Positions 20,775 through 30,963 of a DNA stretch of 64,000 nt are shown here, piece after piece. The notes under the pieces are model-generated. The model ran no database searches. It was not told where the DNA came from and worked only from the letters and a program-made list of their open reading frames with translations. The stretch lies in contig JAEOTP010000043.1 in NCBI GenBank assembly GCA_016839765.1, positions 32,001 to 96,000 on the forward strand, in the 5' to 3' direction. The number at the start of each line of letters is the position of its first letter. Position 1 is the stretch's first letter. Source of the DNA: Promethearchaeota archaeon. GTDB lineage: Archaea; Asgardarchaeota; Lokiarchaeia; Sigyniarchaeales; SOKP01. Made by a program: the position numbers and the translations under genes.

Positions 20775-21506
20775 ATGAATGTTAAAATTATAATATCTCT
20801 AAATTCGAAAGCGGCAATAAAAGTGAGTGAAAAAGAAAAAGCGAATATCAAGAGACAAAATCAAAGAAAGCTACTTGATAAATTTATTGATCATCCAGTG
20901 AGGCTTTTAATTAAGCATAATGTCTCTCCTAATTCTCTTTCTTTTATTGGTTTTATATTTTCTATTGCTGCTGCTTTTTTTATTTCAATTGGGGGGCTCC
21001 ACTTTCCAATATGGTCGGCTTGGATTGTACCTTTTCTAATGTTTTGGGCTGGAGCTTTTGATGTTTTTGATGGGGAAGTTGCTAGAAGAACTGGTCATAA
21101 TTCAAGAGCCGGAGCATTCCTAGATTCAAATTTAGATAGATTATCTGATGCTGTAATTATTTTAGGTTTGATATTTGGAAATTTAATCGATTATCTATGG
21201 GGTTATATCCTTCTCTTTTTAGTAATAATGATTTCTTATATAAGAGCGCGCGCTGAAAATATGGGAATTGAAATGGAAGGGGTAGGATTTATGGAAAGAG
21301 CTGAAAGACTTATAATTTTGTGGTTCGCTTTTATTACTGAGTTTTGGATCTTTTATTTATCTAATCTTATATATGGCTCTCATTTCAAAGAATTTTTTCC
21401 TATTTTCATTATAATATATACAGGATTACTTGTTTTTACCATCCTCCAGAGGCTTTTATATTCATTTAAATCGTTGCATGAAATTGATAAAGAAAAATTG
21501 AAATAA
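20775..21506 (+). CDS. CDP-alcohol phosphatidyltransferase (archaetidylinositol-phosphate synthase-like)
   Basis: DVFDGEVARR..GAFLDSNLDRLSD, SYIRARAE, GFMERAER. Confidence 0.9.
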   Translation: MNVKIIISLNSKAAIKVSEKEKANIKRQNQRKLLDKFIDHPVRLLIKHNVSPNSLSFIGFIFSIAAAFFISIGGLHFPIWSAWIVPFLMFWAGAFDVFDGEVARRTGHNSRAGAFLDSNLDRLSDAVIILGLIFGNLIDYLWGYILLFLVIMISYIRARAENMGIEMEGVGFMERAERLIILWFAFITEFWIFYLSNLIYGSHFKEFFPIFIIIYTGLLVFTILQRLLYSFKSLHEIDKEKLK

Positions 21507-21646
21507 AGAAGTTCTTCTAAAACAATACATTAAAATCACTCGATATTGTTGAAAATTTGAGAGAAAGAATAAATTTTTTAAGCTTTATCTTATTCAAATA
21601 ATTAGAACTAATTTCATCTAAAACGATACTAAAAAGGCTGATTTTA

Positions 21647-21919
21647 ATTCCTAAAAAGAGAAAAAGTGGCGGTAAAAGCGGTTCAAGTAAAGGTCAACAC
21701 TCAAAAGTTCAGTGTGCTAAATGTGGGCGCTTTGTTGCTCGAAGTAAAGCTAAAGCTGTGACAAGAAGAGTACCATTAGTAGATGGAAGAATGTATACAG
21801 AGCTTAAAAAATCTGGAACAATTATTCAAGCTCCCACTAAAACGAAATACTATTGTATTAGCTGTGCTATTCATTCTCATCAGATAAGTCAACGAGATAA
21901 GAGTTTAAGGAAAGATTAA
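21647..21919 (+). CDS. rps26e: Ribosomal protein eS26 (S26e), apparent ATT start; missed by the ORF track
   Basis: Manual translation (I/M)PKKRKSGGKSGSSKGQHSKVQCAKCGRFVARSKAK...YCISCAIHS...RKD*. Confidence 0.93.
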   Translation: MPKKRKSGGKSGSSKGQHSKVQCAKCGRFVARSKAKAVTRRVPLVDGRMYTELKKSGTIIQAPTKTKYYCISCAIHSHQISQRDKSLRKD

Positions 21920-21920
21920 G

Positions 21921-23915
21921 CTATAAATTAAGTGCTTTAAAGAACGAGGGTAAGGAGTATATTATTTCACAACCATTTTTACCTAAAACTTCAATTATCG
22001 CACGTATTAAGAAACTATCTTTTAACTCATCTGTGGGATTATATATTTTGACTTTTGCATTTGATTTTAATTTTAAAGAATAATTTTCGGCAATTCCAGT
22101 AAGATTATCATCAGTTCTTACAATTATCCCTAATAACCCTAACTCATAATGAGATACAATGAATAAATATTGAATCTCCTTTTCAGTATCTAGTTTTTCA
22201 AAATGAACAACTTCCAAATAATCTTCTTGAAGCTCTTTAGGTAATTTAAGGAATTGTATATGTGTTTTTTTTCCAGATATGTATGGAAAGGGAGTGTAGA
22301 ATAAAATGTTAAAGCTTGAAATTTTTTTAATCTGTTCATTATACTTCTCAATGTTTTTCACGGAATAAGCTTTGTCTAATAATAAATCCAATTTATCAAC
22401 CATCATGTCTTCTGCTGAATATCCGTTCACTACGGTTGCAATATATGCTCTTTTTAATTTTTCAATCAGAATGTCACTTCTAACTTTCAGTTTATAATCA
22501 ATACTAATTTCTAAAGCTTCATTATAAAGGTTTGCAGCAAGTTGCGAATGACCCAGGGCTAGGAAATAATCTCCCAATTCACCAAAAACGATTATTGCAT
22601 CTAAAAAGTTTTTTTCAAAATCCATATTTGAAACTTCTTCCATTATTCCCATCGCAGTTTTAGTCTCCTTTCCTTGAATATATAATGCAATAGCTTTACC
22701 TATTAGACATTTCAATTTTAGTTTATCATCCTTATAAATATCTGCTAGTTCTTCAGTAAAATTATAAGCCATAATTGCATTATCGTAAAGTCCATGAAAC
22801 AGTAGGATAAGTGCTTTAACATAATTTAGAGTTAAGCATGTTTGGTGATTATGTATTATGGTTGAGAATAATGCAGCTCTTTCAAGTGAATCTATAGCCG
22901 TGTTAACTCTTCCTAAGGAGACTAAAATAAAAGCCCGTAAAAACTCCATCTTAGATATCTCAGAGCAAATGAGAGATTCTACAATCTCATAACTTCTTAG
23001 TTTAGTTAATTCCCCCGCTGCTAACTGTAATAATGAAATTAAAAATCTATTACCTTTTTTTAAAAGCTTAGCAGCCTCATTAGATTCATTTTTAACAATA
23101 GATTCACGCGCTCTCTTAAGATATTCTCTTGAAATCTTTAAATTTTCTAAAAAATTTTGAATTTCATGAATTTTTTCTTCCTCACTCAAAGGTAATTTTT
23201 GATCTTCAATAAATTTTTCTGCAATAGCGATTTCTTGAGGATATTTGCTAACTCCGATTTCAAATTTCATTTGTTCCTCTCTTTTATCAAGAGAATGAAC
23301 GTCTTGAGTTAATATAGAGTCTTGAGTAACATTTATAGCTTTTTCGATTAACCATTGTATTTTCTGTTCAGCAGGGTAAACATGGGCTCGTTCTATCATA
23401 TAATGTAAAGTATAATTCAAACTTTTTCTCCATAAAGTCTTAAAATAATTTCTCATTTGTTTATTCGGTATTGTCCTATTGATTTTAAGGAGAAAGCTTG
23501 AAAGAGATAAAATATTGACTTTATTTTTCAAGATAGATGCCGTATTTTTTGCTAATTTAAAATCATCTGTAACTATATGTATAGTCGAATCGTCATCCAT
23601 CAATCTTTCACTCAAAGCTATTAATGACAAATCAGGATCTTGAGCAGGGAACTTGATGTTCGATTTGTTTAACTCGTCCTTTATCATCTGAATTTCGGAT
23701 CGCAAAATTTTTTCAATATTTATAAAAGCTTTAAATCTTTCTTTAAAAGTATGAGGTGCTTTAATCTCGTTAAATACCCTTTCGGAAATATAATAATCAA
23801 GTCCTAATTCCTTTCCTGCATGGTCTAAATTTTTCAAAAAGTTCTTAGCTCTGATTGAGATGGCACAAATAAAAAAATTAGCATCGAAGACGATCCTTTC
23901 TTTTGTTTCAACCAT
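21921..23915 (-). CDS. PIN-domain protein with TPR-like helical repeats
   Basis: IVFDANF, QDPDLSLIAL, IVTDDFKL (PIN acidic residues); helical repeats such as LGDYFLALGHSQLAANLYNEAL. Confidence 0.7.
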   Translation of the reverse strand: MVETKERIVFDANFFICAISIRAKNFLKNLDHAGKELGLDYYISERVFNEIKAPHTFKERFKAFINIEKILRSEIQMIKDELNKSNIKFPAQDPDLSLIALSERLMDDDSTIHIVTDDFKLAKNTASILKNKVNILSLSSFLLKINRTIPNKQMRNYFKTLWRKSLNYTLHYMIERAHVYPAEQKIQWLIEKAINVTQDSILTQDVHSLDKREEQMKFEIGVSKYPQEIAIAEKFIEDQKLPLSEEEKIHEIQNFLENLKISREYLKRARESIVKNESNEAAKLLKKGNRFLISLLQLAAGELTKLRSYEIVESLICSEISKMEFLRAFILVSLGRVNTAIDSLERAALFSTIIHNHQTCLTLNYVKALILLFHGLYDNAIMAYNFTEELADIYKDDKLKLKCLIGKAIALYIQGKETKTAMGIMEEVSNMDFEKNFLDAIIVFGELGDYFLALGHSQLAANLYNEALEISIDYKLKVRSDILIEKLKRAYIATVVNGYSAEDMMVDKLDLLLDKAYSVKNIEKYNEQIKKISSFNILFYTPFPYISGKKTHIQFLKLPKELQEDYLEVVHFEKLDTEKEIQYLFIVSHYELGLLGIIVRTDDNLTGIAENYSLKLKSNAKVKIYNPTDELKDSFLIRAIIEVLGKNGCEIIYSLPSFFKALNL

Positions 23916-24109
23916 AATTTAAAATTTTCAACAAATAATTTTTACTAAATTCATGAAAAAAAATTTTAACAATTATATTATAGATTAATTGTTTATATTG
24001 TTTTATTATGATTATTGAGGCTTCAATTTTTTTAGAACTGGAAAATTAAAAAATGAGAATTAATTGAATGGATTATCTTTTGATACTTAATATAATTATG
24101 TGAATTTTA

Positions 24110-24613
24110 ATGAAAATTATAAGTGTTATTGGTTATTCTGGAACTGGCAAAACTTTCTTAATAGTAAAGGCCATTATTTTATTAAAGCAACAGTTAAACT
24201 ATAACTGTTCAGTAATTAAAAATATTCATGAGCATAGAATAGATACACAGGGAAAAGATTCATATAAATTTACCGATGTTGGTGCTCAATATTCTATATC
24301 TAGAAATAAATTCAATGAAAATGTTATCTTCATTAAAAAGGATATTGAAATTCATAATATAATTGAATGGGTTGATGATGGTCCGTTAAAAACAGATGTA
24401 TTATTCATTGAAGGATTTAGAAATTTATCTTTTCCAACAATACTTTGTATAAATGATTTATCAGAAATCAAACCTCAGTTAACTAATCAGGTTAAAATGA
24501 TATCTGGTTTAATTACAACTAAACCAAGCGAACTTCAGGAAGAAAAAGGGATTCCAATAATAGATATTCATAAGGAATTTGACAAATTTCTGAATATTTT
24601 TAAATTAATATAG
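24110..24613 (+). CDS. mobB: Molybdopterin-guanine dinucleotide biosynthesis protein B
   Basis: IISVIGYSGTGKT, IDTQGKDS, LFIEGFR. Confidence 0.88.
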   Translation: MKIISVIGYSGTGKTFLIVKAIILLKQQLNYNCSVIKNIHEHRIDTQGKDSYKFTDVGAQYSISRNKFNENVIFIKKDIEIHNIIEWVDDGPLKTDVLFIEGFRNLSFPTILCINDLSEIKPQLTNQVKMISGLITTKPSELQEEKGIPIIDIHKEFDKFLNIFKLI

Positions 24614-24637
24614 TATTGTAAAAGGTAAAGGGAAGAT

Positions 24638-26575
24638 CTAGGATTTATGCCAATAAGGTGTAAGTTGTTGACACATTAGTTTGAAGTTTTCTTTTACATC
24701 CTTATTCTTATTAGAAATTTGGTCTAAAAAATATTTGTTTAATTTAGAATAAATCTCATTTTTATCTTTTGGATTTTTAATTAATAATCTAATTTCAGAT
24801 ATAAAGTCATTTAATGGGGAAATAAGCTCATTTATTAACCATTCTTCAAATGTAATTTGATCTTTGTAGGATATGAAATTGTAAGTTATAACAAATCTAG
24901 CGATATCCGTAAAATTATAAAATTTTTCGTCGAATTTTGATGAATGAACTTCAACTTTATATGACTTTAAATCTTCCATTAAGTAATTTCTATTCATACT
25001 AATAATATAATCTGGCCAAACATCATCTGATACGTTTAGATCCTGGAAAATGAATAATTCTAATACTCTTAAAGCGATATTTTTACCAATATATCTACTT
25101 CGAGGGTCAATAAAATTTTTAGATGCTTGGTTTGGATTAGTTTTAATGAATATTTTATCAATTAATGTATATAACATACGACAAACGTGATCTATTATAA
25201 TTGTGAATGAAAAAGGTTTATTTCCAGGATTTTCTGCTATTGATTTATTTTCTTGATCGATTAATGATAAAATCCTCAAATTTAAACTCCTAAGGAAGGT
25301 TTTAAAAAACTCATAATTTAAATGATTAATTTGTTTATGGAAAATTTTCTCAAAAAGTAGATCAAAATTATCAAAATTAGAAATGATTGAAAAGTAATCT
25401 AGAAAAACTTCAATGTCTTTAATAGCAGATGCATTAATTAGGTTTTTTAATTTTTTATTGCTTTGATTCAATTTTGATTTAAATTCTTTGGGTAAAAATA
25501 GCAAATCACCAACTTCAAACGCTTCTAAACTTCCACTACCAAAATAATACTTCATATATAGTAAGAATAAATTAAATTGCGATTTCACCGATGGTAAATT
25601 ATTCGCTTGAAAGGTGGAATATAAAGTGGATTTTTTATCAATAAAGTCGAATATTTTAATAAGAGCATTCTTCTTTTCTTCTGTGTAATTAAAATTCGCT
25701 AAAAAATCTCTTTTTATAACATCAATTTTTGAAAAAACTGAATCTTCAACACGCGCACAAACGAAATTTAAGAAATCTAATAATGGAGAAAAATTTTGTA
25801 ATAAATTACATTTTTTATAAAAATAATATAATAAATCTACCAATTTCTCTTTAGCAAATGGATATTCTTCCAAAGCAATTTGATATAGTCTTTCTCTTCC
25901 TTGTAATAATCTCTCATAATATTCATCTGGGATCCCTTTAAAATGTTTTAGAAAGTAATAAAGAAACATATAGTAATAACTTTCGAACATTTCATCATGG
26001 CTGTTCTTAATCACAATTAAAAAGTTGATAGTATTATTAACTTCACCATTTTTTATTACAGCCCCATCCAGGATTATATGAAACTTTTCTTGGAGTAGTT
26101 TTCTTAAAACAACTCCTAGTATTGAAACAATCAAATAAATATATCCGAAAGGTGAGGTTATACCATTGATATTGTTATTAGTTTTTCTCTTGAATTCATT
26201 AAAGTATTCTAGTTCTTCATTTGACAAAGAATAATTATATTCCAGAAATACAGTATCTTCTGATATTTTTTCTTTAATTACTAAATCTAAAGAATTGATA
26301 TTAAAACCACAAAAATTTAGTAAAAAATACTTAAAATACTCATGAAACTTTTGATAAAAAAATGAACTATATGTTTTGGTAATAATTCTTCTCTGATTCT
26401 TTATTCTAAACTCGTCCCATTCCGATTTGATTTCTTGTTTAAATTTGTTAAATTTATCTTCATTTTGGTTTAAAATGTCAAAAAAAATGTTTGAAGTGAG
26501 TTTAAGAGTAAATCTATCTCCCTTAAAATTTTCCCTTATTAATTCTAAAATATTACTTAATTCTATATTTTCCAA
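24638..26575 (-). CDS. Hypothetical protein (645 aa, helical, aromatic-rich)
   Basis: Long ORF with no recognised motif. Confidence 0.75.
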   Translation of the reverse strand: MENIELSNILELIRENFKGDRFTLKLTSNIFFDILNQNEDKFNKFKQEIKSEWDEFRIKNQRRIITKTYSSFFYQKFHEYFKYFLLNFCGFNINSLDLVIKEKISEDTVFLEYNYSLSNEELEYFNEFKRKTNNNINGITSPFGYIYLIVSILGVVLRKLLQEKFHIILDGAVIKNGEVNNTINFLIVIKNSHDEMFESYYYMFLYYFLKHFKGIPDEYYERLLQGRERLYQIALEEYPFAKEKLVDLLYYFYKKCNLLQNFSPLLDFLNFVCARVEDSVFSKIDVIKRDFLANFNYTEEKKNALIKIFDFIDKKSTLYSTFQANNLPSVKSQFNLFLLYMKYYFGSGSLEAFEVGDLLFLPKEFKSKLNQSNKKLKNLINASAIKDIEVFLDYFSIISNFDNFDLLFEKIFHKQINHLNYEFFKTFLRSLNLRILSLIDQENKSIAENPGNKPFSFTIIIDHVCRMLYTLIDKIFIKTNPNQASKNFIDPRSRYIGKNIALRVLELFIFQDLNVSDDVWPDYIISMNRNYLMEDLKSYKVEVHSSKFDEKFYNFTDIARFVITYNFISYKDQITFEEWLINELISPLNDFISEIRLLIKNPKDKNEIYSKLNKYFLDQISNKNKDVKENFKLMCQQLTPYWHKS

Positions 26576-26672
26576 ATTTACCCCAATTCAAACTTAAAAT
26601 AATAACGCTATTATCTAATAACCCTTAATAATATACCAAAGGTATATAAATACAATGAAAATTAGGAAATAA

Positions 26673-26788
26673 AAATGTTAACTTCGTAATTAAAGTTTCA
26701 CGAAATTTCTATTTAGAGGTGTTTTTTAGGCGATTTATACTAATAACATAAGTGGTGCATTGTTTAATTACAGAAGGAGTGAACATTT
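26673..26788 (+). ncRNA. Candidate structured ncRNA (~116 nt), family unknown
   Basis: Long interrupted terminal stem (AAAUGUU/AACAUUU, ACUUC/GGAGU, GUAAUUAAA/UUUAAUUAC) closing several G-U-rich hairpins; TATATAAA at 26643-26650. Confidence 0.5.
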
Positions 26789-26854
26789 AATTAATTTTAA
26801 TTATTACTTCATAGAAATAGATAGATCATTAAAGAAATAAACGGATACTTGTTT

Positions 26855-27895
26855 TTAATTAAAGATTTTTGTTATTTCATCAATTTCAGAATAAGTAAAG
26901 GGTTTTTTGATCCCTTCTTTATCTATAATTACGTTTTTTTGATTCTCAGTGGTAAATTTGCCAATAATTTCAGCCGTTACCTTTTTTTTTTTTAAAAATT
27001 CAACTAAATCCAATGCATATTCATTTTTAATTGAAATAAGTAGTGATCCAGAAGATATAGTACCCATTGGGTTTAAATTAAATACTTTACTTAACTCTAA
27101 TGGCTCTGGTAAAATTAATATTTTTTCTTTTTCCACTAAAACTCCTTTATTTGATGCAATAGTCAGTTCGGCAATACCTGTAGAAAGACCTCCTTCTGTA
27201 GGATCGTGCATTGCATTTATTTTAAAGTTTTTATTAGCTAAAAGGGCTTCATTAAAAATACTAATACCAGGATTAAATAGGTAATTTTTGCATTTATCTA
27301 TGAAATTTTTATTATATCCCTTCTGTAATAAAAGATCTTCTTTTTCTCTCCCAATGATCGAAGTTCCTTCAATAAAAATGCCTTTTGTTAAAATTAGTGA
27401 ATCATTTGGTAATACACCAGAAGATTTTACTAATTTTTCTTTTTCAACCTCTCCCAACAAGGATCCTATTACAATTGGCCTGTCAATTCCAACGGTCACC
27501 TCAGTATGGCCTCCTATCACTGATATATCTAATGAATCACATGTATCATGAATACTTTTGAAAATTTCCTCTATTAATTCTTCGTTAGTTCTTTTTTCTG
27601 GTAATAAAATAGTTGATTGAAACCATTTGGGGGTAGCTCCAGTGCATACTACATCATTAACATTAATAATTACAGAATAATAACCTATCTCGTCTGTAGC
27701 AAAAGTAATAGGATCAGTTTTTGCAACTAGATATATATCTCCCATATCAATAACAGCTGCGTCTTCACCAATTTTAGAGCCTAAAATTATCCTTTTATCT
27801 TTATTTTCAAAATCTGTAACAAAATCCTTAAGGATATTATTCAAGAATTTATGTTTTATTTTTCCAATGCTAAAAAATCTATTAGTTTTTTCCAT
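26855..27895 (-). CDS. AIR synthase-related (PurM/HypE/ThiL-like) protein
   Basis: GEDAAVID, KTDPIT, NVNDV, GGHTEVT, MHDPTEGG. Confidence 0.85.
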   Translation of the reverse strand: MEKTNRFFSIGKIKHKFLNNILKDFVTDFENKDKRIILGSKIGEDAAVIDMGDIYLVAKTDPITFATDEIGYYSVIINVNDVVCTGATPKWFQSTILLPEKRTNEELIEEIFKSIHDTCDSLDISVIGGHTEVTVGIDRPIVIGSLLGEVEKEKLVKSSGVLPNDSLILTKGIFIEGTSIIGREKEDLLLQKGYNKNFIDKCKNYLFNPGISIFNEALLANKNFKINAMHDPTEGGLSTGIAELTIASNKGVLVEKEKILILPEPLELSKVFNLNPMGTISSGSLLISIKNEYALDLVEFLKKKKVTAEIIGKFTTENQKNVIIDKEGIKKPFTYSEIDEITKIFN

Positions 27896-28090
27896 TTATT
27901 TACAACTCTTATAAGAAGGGAAGGAGAGTTTTTTTATTGAATAGGTTTAAATTATTATTCTAATCAAACAGTTAGATACAATATTTAGAATTAAGTAAAA
28001 ACAATATTTGGTCTTAAATAAATTTAAATACTTATAAAATTGTATTTATACATAAATTCATTTATAAAGCTTATAAAGAGACTGACAAAA

Positions 28091-28609
28091 ATGGGTTTTG
28101 GTAAAGCATTCGGATTTAGTTTACTAGCATATATAGGTTTAAATTTTCTATTTTTAATAATTGCTTATACTATAAGTGGAGAGCTAAATTTACTTTTTCA
28201 AGCTATTTCAAATCAACCACTAATACTTTTTGGATTGTTTTTAGGACCAATATATTTTTTCCCAGGATTAAATATATTGGGAATTTATTCATCAATCGCA
28301 ATAGGATCAACACCAGACGTACTAATCCTTGCTATTGGATCTGTGGTTTCTCCTTTTGTAGCATCGCTTATTGCCGGTAAAATGGGAGAAAATAAAGTTG
28401 GAAGTTTTGGAGGTTGGTTCGCCACAAGTATTCTCTGTTCAATAATTCTTGGAATATTTGCCTTTGTAGAACCGTTAGTATTAATCTCTTATGGCATCCC
28501 CTTTATAGATCCAACATCAACTTTTATAATATCTATAATGAGCGGAGCTGTAAGTGGAGTATTTTATGGCGCTTTTGCATTATTATTTACAAAAACAGAA
28601 TATTTTTAA
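28091..28609 (+). CDS. Multi-pass membrane protein
   Basis: About five hydrophobic segments; ATG at 28091 preferred over TTG 28040. Confidence 0.75.
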   Translation: MGFGKAFGFSLLAYIGLNFLFLIIAYTISGELNLLFQAISNQPLILFGLFLGPIYFFPGLNILGIYSSIAIGSTPDVLILAIGSVVSPFVASLIAGKMGENKVGSFGGWFATSILCSIILGIFAFVEPLVLISYGIPFIDPTSTFIISIMSGAVSGVFYGAFALLFTKTEYF

Positions 28610-29012
28610 TTTTTTTTAATTCTTATTATTTTTTCTTTTTCTAGAAGTCTGAAAAATATTCAATAAATTAGTACTTTTTAGTAAATTGCTAAAAATTTCT
28701 TTTAAATTTCTCTATTTTAAAAAATTATGCTAGTTTTTATAGAGATTTTTAAGAGTATAAGAAATACCACGAATCTATTATTTTAAATATTATTATATCA
28801 AATGATATTAACTGGTTAACATTCATTACGTTGTGAAATTAATATAAGATTAACAATAGTATATGTAAAATTCGACTAATTTACTTTGAAATACAATGAT
28901 TTTGAGAAAAATAATTGATAATTTATGCGACAAAATTTCAGAAATCATTTTTTACATTATAAAAGTCTACTAAAGGCAATTTTTATATGATAATAATAAG
29001 TGATAAAAAGAT

Positions 29013-29291
29013 ATGAGCTCAGGGAAAATTCTCAATACTTACCAATTTAAAGTGAGTAATAAATTTGACTTAAGTTCAGATTTTATTTATAAGGAAGAAA
29101 ATTTGATTAGTAATCCTCTGGTTCTTGAACCATACATTAATAGTCTGGAGAATATTCTTTATAGAATAATTGAGATTCACTTTTTATTAAAGACTAATCC
29201 AAACTTATCTAATAATCAAAGATTAGATTATTGTAAAGCTGAAAGGAACTTAATGATCCAATATTTAAAAGAAGTTGTAAAAAAGGTTTAA
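29013..29291 (+). CDS. Hypothetical protein
   Basis: 92-aa ORF with ATG, convergent with the next gene. Confidence 0.5.
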   Translation: MSSGKILNTYQFKVSNKFDLSSDFIYKEENLISNPLVLEPYINSLENILYRIIEIHFLLKTNPNLSNNQRLDYCKAERNLMIQYLKEVVKKV

Positions 29292-29295
29292 ATAC

Positions 29296-30738
29296 CTAAT
29301 CAATTTCAAAATTATGAAATTTTAAATAGTCTATATAGTTACAATATAAAGATAAACTAATGGCAGCATCTCTTAAAGAAAAGTAATAAAGAATTCGTTC
29401 CTCATGTAATACTTTTTTAGTGGATGAAAATCTTTGTGACAATTCAAGGGAATCTGCTATGCTTGGTAAACATATTGCAAAAGGTTTATCTGTTGTTTTT
29501 TTTACCTTCACCAATCTTTTAAACACATGATTATAGATAAAATGTTGCCATAAAGGTATTATTAAAATATCAATATTAGGATCCGCTTTAACTATTTCAA
29601 TACATTCTATAAATACTTCCACTACGAAACCAAGAGCTCCTAAATCTACTGGATTTCTTATGTTTACATTCTCATATGGAAGTATATTACTGAGTTTTTC
29701 TTGCGAAGTTTGAGTTAATTCGGGCACTCTTAAATTATGGGATGAAAATAAATCTGTGGAATTTACTGAATTGCCTCCACCAGGAGTAATAATTCCAATA
29801 TTTCTCCCATTAGGAATGTGTTTGTGATATAATAATTCAAAAGTTTTTATTGCATTCCAAAATTGTTCATTATCCTTAACTAAAGTCGCACCTGTCTGTT
29901 TAGCCATTGAATTCCAAAATCTCAAATCGCTTGCAATCGCACCTGTATGGGAAAAAGTTGCACGAGAACCATCTTTCGTATATCCTCCTTTCCATATAAT
30001 TACAGGTTTTTTTATTGTTGTTTTTTTTAATTCTTCAAAAAAAATGTGCCCGTTACCTGAACCAAAAGACTCTAAGTATGCAGCTATGACTTTAGTTTTA
30101 ATATCTGAACTATAATGTTTAATGAAATCAATACAATTCAAATCTATTTGATTGCCGAATGAAACCCCATATCTAAGTCTCATATCTCTTTTAGAACTAG
30201 CTTCTATTAATTGATTTAAATGACCTCCCGATTGAGACATAAATGATATAGATCCAGGAACTACAAAAGGAGTGCTAAATGAGAATGCCATTCCTGTATC
30301 TGCGTTATAAGGCCCTAAACAATTAGGGCCAATAATCCGGGTTTCAGATCCATTAATTATATCTTTTATTTCTTGTTCTAATTGTAACCCTTCAAAATCA
30401 CCTGTTTCTGAAAATCCTGATGAAAAGATAATTACCCATGCAACTTTTTTCTCAACACATTCTTTTAAAACCTTAGGGATGATTTTTGTTTTTACAGAAA
30501 TATATACGGTATCAATGGGATAAGGTATATCTAATATTGAAGCATAACATTTCCAATCTAGAATTTTATCATACTTTGGATTAACTGGGTAAAAGGTTGT
30601 CGTCCATTTTGATTCTTTAAAAACACTTAAATACAACATTGAACCAAATTTGGAGTTTTCAGAGGCTCCAATAAAGGCTATATGCTTTGGGTAAAATAAG
30701 GTGTTAAATTTTTCAAAGTTGTATTCTGTTGAAACCAT
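29296..30738 (-). CDS. ADP-forming acyl-CoA synthetase alpha-like, CoA-binding protein
   Basis: IAFIGAS, YPVNP, SSGFSE, IGPNCLG, SQSGG, SHTGAIA, NPVDL. Confidence 0.88.
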   Translation of the reverse strand: MVSTEYNFEKFNTLFYPKHIAFIGASENSKFGSMLYLSVFKESKWTTTFYPVNPKYDKILDWKCYASILDIPYPIDTVYISVKTKIIPKVLKECVEKKVAWVIIFSSGFSETGDFEGLQLEQEIKDIINGSETRIIGPNCLGPYNADTGMAFSFSTPFVVPGSISFMSQSGGHLNQLIEASSKRDMRLRYGVSFGNQIDLNCIDFIKHYSSDIKTKVIAAYLESFGSGNGHIFFEELKKTTIKKPVIIWKGGYTKDGSRATFSHTGAIASDLRFWNSMAKQTGATLVKDNEQFWNAIKTFELLYHKHIPNGRNIGIITPGGGNSVNSTDLFSSHNLRVPELTQTSQEKLSNILPYENVNIRNPVDLGALGFVVEVFIECIEIVKADPNIDILIIPLWQHFIYNHVFKRLVKVKKTTDKPFAICLPSIADSLELSQRFSSTKKVLHEERILYYFSLRDAAISLSLYCNYIDYLKFHNFEID

Positions 30739-30963
30739 TTAACTAGAAAAAATATCGAATAGTTAAATTCTTTTTGATAGAATTCAGATACAAGTTAAAA
30801 TTCATCAATAGGAGGTTTTACTTTTCGAGTTAGTTTAATATTTTAACTTAATACTATTTAGGTTTTACATATTTATGTAAAAAACCAAATTTTTAATGTT
30901 AAATATAATTAGAGTACACATAATATTTCAAAATACAATAATTAAAAATAGTGAAGTTATAGA

